Shown piece after piece: positions 48,723 to 61,144 of a stretch of 64,000 bases of DNA. This stretch comes from Macrostomum lignano (Eukaryota). Under the pieces are notes generated by a model that was not told the DNA's origin, made no database searches, and worked only from the letters and a program-made list of their open reading frames with translations. How positions within the stretch are numbered: position 1 is the first letter of the stretch; the number at the start of each line of letters is the position of its first letter. Location: positions 1 to 64,000 of the forward strand of contig NIVC01000916.1 in the NCBI GenBank assembly GCA_002269645.1, in the 5' to 3' direction. Both the position numbers and the translations under genes were made by a program.

Positions 48723-50691
48723 CTACTTTTTCTGTCCACCAGGACGTCCGTCGTCTCTGGCCTCGCCGTCGCCGTCAGCTCCGTCCAAGCCCTCTTGCTC
48801 GTCTTCTACGCGGCGCTTGGCCTCTTCAACCTGCCGCTGCCGGTCCGTCTGCAGCTGGGCGTGCGCCTTCGCCCTCTGAGCCGCCCTCGCCGTTTGGTAG
48901 TTCTCGCCGGCCTCCTCGGCCACCCGCTGTCGCCGCTGGTACTCGGCGAACGCAGCCGAGCTCGGGCGCTTCAGCGAGTCCAGCGATGAGGCGGCGGCAT
49001 CGCGAAAAGTTCGCTCGGATGGCTGCTGCGGCGGCGAGTCCAGCAGCTCGCTACGGTAGTGGCCGCCCGTGGATTCCAGCAGCTGGTAGTTCGCCCGGCG
49101 CCGCTTGTCCACCTCCAGCGCCTGCAGATCCTCCTTGTACATGTCGCGCATGCTGGGCGGCAGAAAGGCGCCAGCAACGTGGCGGCCTTCCGAGTTAAGG
49201 AAGTTGAAAGTGGTGAGCGCCTCCTCTGTGGGCAGAATCTCCCAGTTGATACGCAGCTCCCTGGAGACGGGATGCGGCAGCAACTGAGATAGTTAGCACC
49301 TGCTTAGTTTATCAGCCAATCAGCTACCTGCTTAGTTTATCAGCCAATCAGCTACCTGCTTAGTTTATCAGCCAATCAGCTACCTGCTTAGTTTATCAGC
49401 CAATCAGCTACCTGCTTAGTTTATCAGCCAATCAGCTACCTGCTTAGTTTATCAGCCAATCAGCTAACTGCTCGCTTTACCAGCTAATCAGCCACCTGCT
49501 TAGTTTATCAGCCAATCAGCTACCTGCTTAGTTTATCAGCCAATCAGCTACTTGCTCACTTTACCAGCTAATCAGCTAAGCTACCTGCTTAGTTTATCAG
49601 CCAATCAGCTACCTGCTTAGTTTATCAGCTAATCAGCTACCAATAAGCATACAACAAACTGTATCAACCAATCAGCACACAGCAATTTGTATCAGCCAAT
49701 CAGCACACAGTAATCTGCGTCAGCCAATTAGCACACAGCAATCTGCGTCAGCCAATCAGCACACAGCAATTTGTATCAGCCAATCAGCACACAGTAATCT
49801 GCATCAGCCAATCAGCACACAGTAATCTGCATCAGCCAATCAGCACACAGCAATCTGTGTCAGCCAATAAGCACACAACAATCTGCGTCAGCCAATCAGC
49901 ACACAATAATCTGCGTCAGCCAATCAGCACACAGCAATTTGTATCAGCCAATCAGCACACAGCAATTTGTATCAGCCAATCAGCACACAGTAATCTGCGT
50001 CAGCCAATTAGCACACAGCAATCTGCGTCAGCCAATCAGCACACAGCAATTTGTATCAGCCAATCAGCACACAGTAATCTGCATCAGCCAATCAGCACAC
50101 AGCAATCTGTGTCAGCCAATAAGCACACAACAATCTGCGTCAGCCAATCAGCACACAATAATCTGCGTCAGCCAATCAGCACACAGCAATCTGCGTCAGC
50201 CAATCAGCACACAGCAATCTGCGTCAGCCAATCAGGAAAAAGCATAGCTAATTATACCTAAACCAGGTGTTCAGAGCCGAGCTATCCAGGTTAGCAGTCG
50301 GGTCGCCTTTGCCCAACAGGAAGATGTCAGGCCGGGGGTAGAGGACCTGCAGAACGGACAGGCTGGCCGGGCCAATATCGCCCGTTCCGGACACTCTCCA
50401 GCTGAACACGGACTTCGGGAATGCCAGCACGGGGCCGAGCACGAAGATCCCCGTGCTAAGCTTGAAGCCGTAGCGGCCGAATCGCTCAAAGAATACCATG
50501 GATTTATCCTCATTAAGAATAGTCACGGAAGTTTTATTCTCTTCTAGGTCATCATTGAAGCTAGTGGGCACCTCCTGGGAGGTGTCTTTTGATAGCGAGC
50601 GGCCGGTCGGACTGAGTCGCCCCAGCATCCGGCAGGCGCAGCGAGAGCAGAGCAGCATGCGAGCGGACTGCAGGCACTGCTGGAAACGCAT
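48723..50691 (-). CDS. NDUFAF3: complex I assembly factor NDUFAF3 (Mth938 domain) with long charged C-terminal extension, 323 aa
   Basis: Exons 50691-50258 and 49260-48723 (phase 2). Arg-rich mitochondrial presequence, then FGRYGFKLSTGIFVLGPVLAFPKSVFSW...PRPDIFLLGKG...R|ELRINWEILPTEEALTTFNFLNSEGRHVAGAFLPP. Confidence 0.92.
49290..50235 (+). repeat. two adjacent 28-bp minisatellites sharing TCAGCCAATCAGC, filling the NDUFAF3 intron
   Basis: 49290-49630 CTACCTGCTTAGTTTATCAGCCAATCAG; 49660-50235 TCAGCCAATCAGCACACAGCAATCTGCG. Confidence 0.97.
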
Positions 50692-50879
50692 TGGATTTCA
50701 ATGTAGCAGCTGCTTCAAGAGAACAACATGCTGATCGCACTACTCAACAGTAGGAATATATGCTGATCCTTCTATCTGACTTTAATAACTAAAGGTCCGG
50801 TAATAATGAGTGAATGGCATGTCTCAAGCCTCTGGAGAGTTGCCTAAAAGGTTACTAGTAGTCTAGTAGGTCACTCAAG

Positions 50880-51862
50880 AGTAGTCCAGTAGGTCACTGG
50901 AGAGTGGAGTAGGTCACTGGAGAGTGGAGTAGGTCACTGGAGAGTGGATAGTGGAGTAGGTCACTGGAGAGTGGAGAATGGAGTAGGTCACTGAAGAGTG
51001 GAGTAGATCACTGGAGAGTGGAGAGTGGAGAAGGTCACTGGAGAGTGGAGTAGGTCACTGGAGAGTGGAGAGTGGAGAAGGTCACTGGAGAGTGGAGTAG
51101 GTCACTGGAGAGTGGAGAGTGGAGAAGGTCACTGGAGAGTGGAGAAGGTCACTGGAGAGTGGAGAGTAGGTCACTGGAGAGTGGAGGTCACTGGAGAGTG
51201 GAGTAGGTCACTGGAGAGTGGAGTAGGTCACTGGAGAGTGGAGAGTGGAGTAGGTCACTGGAGAATGGAGTAGGTCACTAGAGAGTGGAGAGTGGAGAAG
51301 GTCACTGGAGAGTGGAGTAGGTCACTGGAGAGTGGAGAGTGGAGAAGGTCACTGGAGAGTGGAGTAGGTCACTGGAGAGTGGAGTAGATCACTGGAGAGT
51401 GGATAGTGGAGTAGGTCACTGGAGAGTGGAGAGTGGAGGTCACTGGAGAGTGGAGTAGGTCACTGGAGAGTGGATAGTGGAGTAGGTCACTGGAGAGTGG
51501 ATAGTGGAGTAGGTCACTGGAGAGTGGAGAGTGGAGAAGGTCACTGGAGAGTGGAGTAGGTCACTGGAGAGTGGAGAGTAGGTCACTGGAGAGTGGAGAA
51601 GGTCACTGGAGAGTGGAGTAGGTCACTGGAGAGTGGAGTAGGTCACTGGAGAGTGGAGAGTGGAGTAGATCACTGGAGAGTGGAGAAGGTCACTGGAGAG
51701 TGGAGAAGGTCACTGGAGAGTGGAGAAGGTCACTGGAGAGTGGAGAAGGTCACTGGAGAGTGGAGAAGGTCACTGGAGAGTGGAGAAGGTCACTGGAGAG
51801 TGGAGTAGGTCACTGGAGAGTGGAGTAGGTCACTGGAGAGTGGAGTAGGTCACTGGAGAGTG
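50880..51862 (+). repeat. 20/27-bp purine-rich minisatellite
   Basis: AGGTCACTGGAGAGTGGAG(T/A), with extra GAGTGGA heptamers. Confidence 0.98.
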
Positions 51863-52043
51863 ACTTAGCAGGCTACAATCCAAATGGCACTTCAAATAAA
51901 CCGAAATAAGCGAGGCTGGGAGAGGACAAAATTCCCTAGTCAGAAATGTCAGCAAAGGTGGGTGCACTGCTTCATATACTTGATGGTTACTAAAAAAATG
52001 CACATAAAAGTTATTTAAAAAGGCAGAGATGAAAAAACGCTTC

Positions 52044-55000
52044 TCAGCCGCTCAGCGCGGCCCGTTTGGACGCCCCGCCTCCAGCGGCCTCGTCGCTGCT
52101 GAACCCGCTGCCCTCTTCATCGTCTTCGAACTCCTCGTCGTCGGAGTCGCCTTCAGCGTCTTCGCTGCCGCCTTCGCCCTCCTCGCCGTCGCCTTCGCTG
52201 GCATCCTCGTCGCTCATGTCGACGTCGCCGTCCTCTGCCTGTTGAGTTTGGGAGTTTTAGTTGAGAGGTTTTTTGAGTATGCTGCCGCTCCAGATTAGAA
52301 TCTGCATAATTAGCTACCCAGATTAGAATCTGCATAATTAGCTACTCAGATTAGAATCTGCATAACTAGCTACTCAGATTAGAATCTGCATAACTAGCTA
52401 CTCAGATTAGACTCTGCATAATTAGCTACCCAGACTAGCAATCTAGTGCGGCCCCCCCTTCGGGGCGCCCAATAAGAACGAAGCAAAAACAGTTTATGGA
52501 AATCAATGAAAAAGCACATTTTCTTAAAAACTAAGTCCTTCATCACTTTTAAAAATCACCTTATTCATTTAAAATTGTCATGGACAATAATATTTGCAAT
52601 GAATCTCTTTTTTTCTAAAATTAACAAACAGACAAGAAAATATAGCTTTCACAAAGATCACAGTCATTGCCCCTAAATAGAAAATATTCCCAAGACAGCA
52701 AGCATCCCCCAGTAGCAAGCACCCTCCTCCAAAAGTAAACAACCGCAGATAGCAAGCATCCCCTAATACTCCTAGCAAGCATCCACCCAGATAGCAAGCA
52801 TCCCCTAATACTCCTAGCAAGCATCCACCCAGATAGCAAGCATCCCCTAATACTCCTAGCAAGCATCCACCCAGATAGCAAGCATCCCCTAATACTCCTA
52901 GCAAGTATCCACCCAGATAGCAAGCATCCCCTAATACTCCTAGCAAGCATCCACCCAGATAGCAAGCATCCCCTAATACTCCTAGCAAGCATCCACCCAG
53001 ATAGCAAGCATCCCCTAATACTCCTAGCAAGTATCCACCCAGATAGCAAGCATCCCCTAATACTCCTAGCAAGCATCCACCCAGATAGCAAGCATCCCCT
53101 AATACTCCTAGCAAGCATCCACCCAGATAGCAAGCATCTGCAGATAGCAAGCATCTGCAGATAGCAAGCATCCCCCAAATAGAAGCATCCCCCGGATAAA
53201 AGCATCCCCCCAGATAGCAAGCATTCCCCAAAAAAAGTAGAAGCATCCTTCCAGATAGCAAGCATCCTGCACATAGCAAGAATTCCTAAATAGCAAGCAT
53301 CCCTGGATAGAAACAATCCTATACATGTAGCCAAGCTTATCAAGCGCAGTAATCCTTGGCTATGGAGTGCAGTAATCCTTGGTTTATTAAGACCAATAAT
53401 CTTTGGCTTATCGAGTGCAGTAATCCTTGGTTTATTAATAGTAATAATCCTTGGCTTCTGGAGTGCAGTAATCCTTGGTTTATTAATAGCAATAATCCTT
53501 GGCTTCTGGAGTGCAGTAATCCTTGGTTTATTAATAGTAATAATCCTTGGCTTCTGGAGTGCAGTAATCCTTGGTTTATTAATAGCAATAATCCTTGGCT
53601 TCTGGAGTGCAGTAATCCTTGGTTTATTAATAGCAATAATCCTTGGCTTCTGGAGTGCAGTAATCCTTGGTTTATTAATAGCAATAATCCTTGGCTTCTG
53701 GAGTGCAGTAATCCTTGGTTTATTAATAGCAATAATCCTTGGCTTCTGGAGTGCAGTAATCCTTGGTTTTCCAAGTGCAGTAATCCTTGGTTTATTAAGA
53801 GAAATAATCCTTGGCTTATCGAGTGCAGTAATCCTTGGTTTGCCAAGAGCAATTGACCTTGGTTTATCGAGTGCATTAATCCTTGGTTTAATAATAGCAA
53901 TAATCCTTGGCTTATCTGCATAATTAGCTACTCAGATTATAATCTGCATAACTAGCTACTCAGATTAGAATCTGCATAATTAGCTACCCAGATTAGAATC
54001 TGCATAATTAGCTACTTAGATTATAATCTGCATAACTAGCTACTCAGATTAGAATCTGCATAATTAGCTACCCAGATTAGAATCTGCATAATTAGCTACT
54101 TAGATTATAATCTGCATAATTAGCTACCCAGATTATAATCTGCATAATTAGCTACCCAGATTAGAATCTGCATAATTAGCTACTCTGATTAGAATCTGCA
54201 TAATTAGCTACCCAGCATGAAAACGCCATGCCAGACAACAGCCCTATCAACGCACGTCATCAAGATAATCGTCTGGTCCAGCCTCCGATCCAGATGAGGA
54301 GCCGACATTGCCCAGCAGCTGTCCGGCCAGGTCATCAGGTTCCTCGGCCTCGGATCCGTCGCCTGCTTCGCCGTCGGAGCTCTCCGTCAGCTCCGAGTCG
54401 CTGTCGCGGTGGGTCACGGCCGGCTTCTGCCTGGCGCAGGCGTCTGTTCCATTGGCCGCCACTGCTCTCCGATTGTCCGTCAGGCTGAGCAGCAAGTCCA
54501 GCCGGCCCTTGAGCATGAGCAGCCGCTGCATGCTGGCTAGCCGTGTCTGCCACGTTTTGTCACCGGGTGGCAACGAAAATATTTTTTTGGAGGCTGGGAC
54601 CATTTAAAATAGGGTTTTTATTGCCGGAGTATTCATATGAGCGATTCGGTTTAGGGGTGTTTATCGGGCGATTCTGTTTAGGGATGTTTATCGGGCGATT
54701 CTGTTTAGGGTTGTGTATCGGGCGATTCTGTTAAAGCTTTTCTATTGGAGTGGTTCTTTAATGTGTTTTTGGGGCTACCCATTACCCACGGGTGTTTATT
54801 AGGACTGCCATTATTTTGGGGTGTTTATTGGGACAGCCATTACTCTGGGGTGTTTATTGGGACAGCCATTATTCTGGGGTGTTTATTAGGACAACCATTA
54901 TTCTGGGGTGTTTATTGGGACAGCCATTATTCTGGGGTGTTTATTAGGACAACCATTATTCTGGGGTGTTTATTGGGACTGCCATTATTTTGGGGTGTTT

Positions 55001-55513
55001 ATTGGGACAGCCATTACTCTGGGGTGCTTATTGGGACAGCCATTATTCTTGGGGTGTTTATTCGGACAGCCATTATTCTGGGGTGTTTATTGGGACAATC
55101 ATTATTCTGGGGTGTTTATTGGGACTAGCGTGTTGGCATACCACACTTGGCTTGCATCCGATATTCAAAGATATAATGGACAAAAAAATCTTATTTTATA
55201 CCTGCAGCTGCGATCTCAATTGTCCCAGCCGATTGATGAGGTCAGGCGAGGACATGATGTAGCCAGAGTGGGTTTCAACCAAGCGATTGAGCCACTGCAA
55301 AGCCTGGCTAGCAGACTGCGGGTGCTTGGCAACTAACTCGGTCAGGATGCGCAGAAATGCATCAATAGATTTGGGATTCTGAGCCAGCTGCTGCATCGTG
55401 TCTGACATGAGCTGCCGGTCCTGGCTCTGCAGCAGCATGTGAATGTGAGTGGCCGAGTCTGACAGCAGGCCATCAATTAGGGCGGCCTTCACGGCCGGGC
55501 TCTTCTTCATGGC
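52044..55513 (-). CDS. WDR43: WDR43/UTP5-like protein: Utp12 domain + acidic tail (3 exons visible)
   Basis: Phase-0 exons 55513-55202, 54546-54256 and 52238-52044: ...FLRILTELVAKHPQSASQALQWLNRLVETHSGYIMSSPDLINRLGQLRSQLQ|TRLASMQRLLMLKGRLDLLL...|AEDGDVDMSDEDASEGDGEE...SKRAALSG* (Utp12-domain HP.S...QWL..V..H..Y pattern). No WD40 exons found upstream in the window. Confidence 0.8.
52300..52434 (+). repeat. 28-bp minisatellite, left segment
   Basis: CCAGATTAGAATCTGCATAATTAGCTAC x ~5. The same unit resumes at 53914. Confidence 0.95.
52745..53330 (+). repeat. 42-bp minisatellite
   Basis: CAGATAGCAAGCATCCCCTAATACTCCTAGCAAGCATCCACC x ~9, then degenerate copies. Confidence 0.97.
53345..53913 (+). 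repeat. 48-bp dimeric minisatellite
   Basis: GAGTGCAGTAATCCTTGGTTTATTAATAGCAATAATCCTTGGCTTCTG x ~12. Confidence 0.97.
53914..54214 (+). repeat. 28-bp minisatellite, right segment
   Basis: Same unit as 52300-52434, about 11 copies. Confidence 0.95.
54645..55125 (+). repeat. 27-bp and 29-bp minisatellites in WDR43-like intron
   Basis: GCGATTCTGTTTAGGG(A/G)TGTTTATCGG x3-4, then TTATTGGGACAGCCATTATTCTGGGGTGT x ~11. Confidence 0.93.
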
Positions 55514-58449
55514 CTGCATGCACAGAAATCAATGCAATATACTCGTATGAGGCACATGTGGCATTGTTCCATCTTGCTTACTTAAAGTAGTGCGATTTGG
55601 CTCAAATTTTTTTATTTTAAAGTTGAGTGGCCATAAAAATTTGCATTAAATTCCTTGCGTACTCTTATTTTTTGCCTTTGTCTGTCTCGATAAAACATCA
55701 TTTCAATCAACTCTCTACTTAGATGTGCCAGCAGCCCAGGCTTGATTCCAAGTGCAGTCACATTAATTTGGGGCTAAATTAGAATCTCGGCTTGGCTCTG
55801 CTTGTGCAATTAATGCCTTTGAAGGCCAACCCCCAAGGCACAGTGAAGTGCACATGTATAACAATAAATAGTTAGGGCTACTGTACACTTCTGTGTGTGT
55901 CTGTGGGTATGCCTATGTATGTATCCGTGTGCTTATGTGCCTGCTCAGCTGAGTTAGTGGGATGGGCAATAATGCCTATCGCCATTTGTAAGACAATGTC
56001 ACTTAAAGTGTACTAGGATGCACATAGCTCCTTGCCTCTATCTAAAATAGGTCAGCTATATTGTGATATATAAAGTATAACATATGTATATTTTCTTTTG
56101 AAACTTAGAATAAATAACCTCAAAACAAAAAGACAATATTTATATTAAAAATTTATTTAAGAAAGCATTGTAAGCCCAACATCAGCTTCTACCTGTATGT
56201 CTAAAAGTGAGATTTAAACTTGTAATTGCTAGCTAGGACTAGTTTCTAAATGTTTAATTGTTGTCAGCTAGTCTTTATTGCTAAACTACCACCCTATATA
56301 TATATATATATATGCTCAAATTTGTATTAAACTAATACACTATATAAACTGGCTTTAGATTATTTAGTGCTACTTTTTAATAAGCACTTTCTTTATCATA
56401 ATTAGCCTTAAACAATTTATTATATTACTAAATAATTTTTAGACATTAATATATAATAAATAAAAATTGATAAAGTTAAAAATTTGATGAAAAAAAGAAT
56501 TGTCTAAAAATTTTCTAACACATAGGCCTAATAAACATTATCTTGATAGGTACAAATCCCAAAAATTTTGAATAGAGAGGGGGGCACAGATTACTAAGCT
56601 GGTATATGTTAACATAAATATATATTATACATATGTATATATATATATATATACAATAATGTGTATTTTCTATATAAAAACAATAAAACTCAAACTTATT
56701 AGGGGCACCCTATGGGCATATGTTTAAGGTGGCCACTGGCCACAGTATAGCCTAGGCATTGCTATAAATCAGTTTTTGCAAAGAGAAATAACTTTTAACC
56801 TCTTTAAATTACTATTGGCTATTCTAGCTCCTGAGATATAGGCCTATAGATATCAAAAGACCATGATGATGTCTTATTTCTTAACTGTAACTTTGACCAT
56901 GGGCCAAATTAACAAGTATAGGCCTAATTTTCAATAATATAATACTGACTGCCTATTGGTTATTCAAAAACTAGGCCTATCCAAAACTAGATAGTTTGGC
57001 AAATAAGATATAGAATCATACTCATAGAGTTTAAAATAAGGGAAATTGATGGGAGAGAAAGAGCTTCTATTTATATACCCTAACCTCCTCTTAGCCTTCT
57101 CTTCACAAAGCAATAAGAAATAGGTTTGCCTTGTGGCCACATTGGTCCATCACAACTCATCTTGATTATAAGTAGGCCTAGCTAATTATTTATCTTTTTC
57201 CATAACAATTTTTAAGGGCTTAGAGTAAATAAGCCTAATCTTAAATAAGCTATATTTAGATATATATATATAGACTAGATCATTTTGTTTAAAACCAAAA
57301 GTCATAGAAAAACATTATCCAAAAAGATTGTGTTTTGTTTTTTGCTTCTATAGGTTAGATAATATGTTTTAATTGCTTTCTACATCATAATTAGAGGTTT
57401 ACAATTTAGTTTTTATAAATATGTATTATAATTTAAACAAACAATGCTAGCATACAAAATACAAAGTAGTGTCAGCAGATAAAATAACTTTCTCAAAAAA
57501 GAAATTAAATTTAGCTCCATATATTGTAAAGCTATTTCATAACTGAGATTTGTGAGTCATTTTAAAATTTCTAGTAAGATGTCATTTTTCAACGTATTCA
57601 TTTTCCGATCATTTTTTCAGCAGCCGATTTTCCTAAAAAAGCACTTTTTAAAATCTAACTTGAGAAAAACAAACATCTGAGGATTTCTACTTCAAAAGCT
57701 TCACAAACTGATTTACTGTCCATCAAGCACGTAAAACCAAAAAAAATATTTCGATAATCTTTATTTTATAATTTTAGTTAACATACTTGTAGCTTTACAT
57801 GTACTTTAGTGCAGTTCAGCTAAAGGTGAAGGGTCTCTTGTTTACTTTGTTTTGCCTTGCTTTCTGGTGCTGAAAATTCATATGTATCAAATAATTAAGC
57901 ACCATAACTGGAAGCTGACCTGCAATACTTGCATTTCAAATGATTGAATCGATCGTTACTCGATCGATCATGCTTTCGAGAATTTTTAAAGTCGTCTGTT
58001 GCCGTTTGGGATAGTTAATGAAAATGGTTACTTCCAGTAATGAAAAAGTAAGTAATTACTTGTTTGTTGAGCTCTACTGCTTACAAACTTCAACTCTCGT
58101 GTCTGCAGCAGAAAATTTTGGAAGCTATAGCTCGGCCGCACAAGACCATAATAAATTTTGACATAAAAATGTTTTCTACCTCTAAGACTCAAAGATCGAG
58201 AGCTCAGCAAGTAACATACATTAAGTGTAGATTGGCTGGCCAATCGCTGTTAGCGGGGCTGGGGGGCTTGTCGTCGCCCGTGTTTGGGGGTAGTTGGCCG
58301 GGGGTGGGTGTGCCGCCGCCGGGGCGGGGGTGGGTGTCTGTGGGGCCTTTTTTAGCCCCGTGCGTTGTGCCCGCCTCAGCCTATCTCTCCTCGCCAGCTT
58401 GCGTGCGTTTTTTTGCGATTTTTGGCTAGCCCAACTTACTCTGGGTACT

Positions 58450-59432
58450 ATGAGTTTGCGTAGGATGACTGTAAATTAGCTACGTGAAGAATTGAGAGAT
58501 AGGGGCCTGAGCACGCACGGCTACAAGAAAGACCTGGTCAGTAGACTCTCCACTGCGATGAGCCAGAGCGAAGCAGCTAGTCGTCGGGAACAAGTGGCAT
58601 CAAACTCCGCGGAGACCGACAGCGAAGGGCGGCGGCAGCAGCAGCGACAACGGCTGGAGGCAGGGGAGGCGCTGGACCTAGCAGAGCTCCAGCGGAAGAT
58701 AGCTAGTAGCCTGCAATCGGAGACGGCAGCAATGCGCCAGCAGCTGGAAGGCCAATTTAGACCAGGTGAGGTGGACCATCAGCTTTTTAATGAGCCCTCT
58801 GATTGTAGTAGCGACATGAATATCCCGAGTATGCTCAGAGGTCCCGGGTTCGAGCCCTCAGTAACTCAACCAGGGCTACGGGCGGCACCACTCGTCGTTG
58901 CGGATTTCTGCGGTTGTGACCCTCGGACGGCGTCGACGAGTTGTAGGGAAAAGGTGCTGCATGCAACCGCCAATCAGCCTAAACCTGAATCGCTGGGAAT
59001 CGGTCAGTGGATAGTCGGCAACGCGCGCATCCTCGACGCCCTGATCTCTAGGGGACAGCTCGACCTGGAAGGCGTTCGGCAGTACTTGCAGTACAACGTG
59101 CAGATCGGTGAGCTGGTCGAGGCAGGTTACGACACCACCAGGATCATGCGGTTCGACGACGCATTCAGAAGAGAGCAGCAGGCGGGCATGCAAGACTGGG
59201 CGCGACCGAGTTTCTCGCTGGTGACACGGCACCTCATCGCCCCGTAGCAGACTCCACAACATGCCCGTTCTCGCCTGGACAGGAAGATTCCGGTGATTCA
59301 AGGAGCGCCCGTCTGCATTAAGCTCAACACCGTGGTGGCTGCAAGTTCCAGAATTGCAAGCACACTCATGCGTGCCGGGTCTGCTTGCGCTTGGACCACG
59401 GCGAGACGCAACACGCGGCAAAAAACGAATAG
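58450..59432 (+). pseudogene. retrotransposon Gag-like ORF1 with SAP domain and Cys/His finger
   Basis: MSLRRMTVN*LREELRDRGLSTHGYKKDLVSRL matches the SAP consensus L...V..L...L..RGL...G.K..LV.RL. TAGs at 58477 and 59245, frameshift near 59330. Confidence 0.75.
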
Positions 59433-61035
59433 CCGCGGCTCCAGTGGCCCCGGCAAGCTGGCAGCCGCAACTTTTAATCCCAAGTTATTATTCCATTCGC
59501 GACATCAATTTCAATCCGAGTGGCTCCCTTGACTCAAATGCCTGGGCGAAGGAGCTGGACGGCGACCCCGACGGGCCTTTTTTAATTGACGGAGTCCAAA
59601 ACGGCTTCGCGCTCACTACTGAAACAGATTTTAAACCTTCCGAAGTTGGGAACTACTCGTCCACCATTGAGTACAAGACGTTGGTCGAATAGCAATTGCA
59701 GCGTGAGATCGCCAGCGGGCGGTATGTGTCAGTCAGCCGACGTCCGTGCAAGATCTCCGCGCTTGGTGCCATCCCGAAAGAGGACGGTGGAGTCCATATC
59801 ATCCACAACTGCAGTCGTCCGGAAGGCTGTGCGGTCAACAACCACTTTATCGCAGACCACAAGATTAAGTTTGAGACGGTTAGCGGCCTCTGCTTACAAC
59901 TCAATCCCGGTGACTTCACGGCCAAGATCGATCTCAAGGAGGCGTATTGCTCAGTAGGTGTCCATCCTTTTTCTCTCGACGCTCTGGGCGTCAAATGGCA
60001 ATTAGCGGCGATAGCGAGCCTGGTCGACACCCGGCTGAGCTTCGGCGCTGCGGCCTCGGTGTACCATTTCAACAGGCTGTCTAAGGCGGTGGTGCGCATG
60101 ATGCAACGGCGCGGGTTCACCTGCGTTGGCTACCTCGACGACTTCGCTGTGGCCGGGAGCACCTACGAGGCCTGTTTCGAGGCCTACGAGAGCTTGAGAA
60201 GCCTGGCGACGAGCCTCGGTTTCACCATCAACGAAAAAAAGTCTAGCGGGCCGTCGCGGCGCACGGTTTTCCTGGGCGTCCTGATTGACACAGAGTCGGG
60301 GACGCTGAGCATCCCACCGGCCAAGCTCAGTGCACCCGAAGACGCACTCGGGAGCTGCTTGCATCGACGCGGTGCCATCAGCAAGCGCGACCTCCAGCGG
60401 ATCTGCGGCAAGCTGTCCTGGGTGAGCAGCGTGACCAGGAAAGGCCGAGCTTCCATCCGCCCTCTACTGATGCTGGCGAGCCGGGCGACTAGACCTGGGG
60501 ACAAATTGCAGCGGGCCCCGCACCTCACCGAGTTGCTGCACTGGTAGACGAGAAGCCTTCAGTCCATTGGCTGCGCGCCCATCTGGCCTCGCTACGCTCG
60601 AAGGATCGTCATCGAGACTGACGCCTGCAACTCGGGGGTGGCTGCATTGTTCGGGAGGCCAATAAGTCCGACTGGCTCTTCATCAACTGGAAGAATGACG
60701 CTGGTGGCCGTTTTGCTTCGGCCCACATCAACGTTAAGGAGACCATCACGCCTGTCCTCAGCATCCTCGCGGCCCCGGCCCGCTTCGCCGGTGCGGACAT
60801 CGTCGTATACAGCGACCGCTCGACGGCTGTCGGTGCGCTGAACAAGCTCAGCTCGCCATGTAACGACGTCAACCGGCTCCTGCACACGCTGTCCCTTGCC
60901 TGCGACGCGTGGGGTCTGCGGCTGCGGGCCTTTCACGTTCCAGGCGCTTTCTAGGTCCTGGCAGATCCGGCCTCTCGCCTTGCTTCTAGAAGCGGGGCAC
61001 AGAATTTTTTTCTCCGCTTCTACCGTAGCCTGCAT
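59354..61035 (+). pseudogene. DIRS/Ngaro reverse transcriptase-RNase H
   Basis: ELDGDPDGPFLIDGVQNGF...ISALGAIPKEDG...DLKEAY...YLDDF...FLGVLIDT...TDAC. TAGs at 59690, 60545 and 60952, frameshift near 60635. Confidence 0.9.
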
Positions 61036-61144
61036 GATTTAGCTGCTGAATCCTGCTGCATCTCGCGCCACGCGCTCTGCCCTGCCTCCGTCTCCCTTTT
61101 ACTTTTGCAGGTCCGGTACCTCCTGCCTCCCGCCTACCCGCGGG

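Larger units (their letters stand above)
52435..53913 (-). mobile_element. probable non-autonomous Helitron-type insertion carrying two internal minisatellites
   Basis: On the minus strand GGGCGCCCC-GAA-GGGGGGGCC (7/9-bp hairpin) is followed by GCACTAGATTGCTAG|T, joining the host unit at its A|T step. There is no TSD and no 5' TC terminus is visible. Confidence 0.45.

Noticed and set aside
52578-53921. 233, 240, 193 and 166 aa repeat ORFs from the 42- and 48-bp arrays
   Set aside because: Unit lengths are multiples of 3, but they sit inside a WDR43-like intron, have nonsynonymous variants and lack a signal peptide
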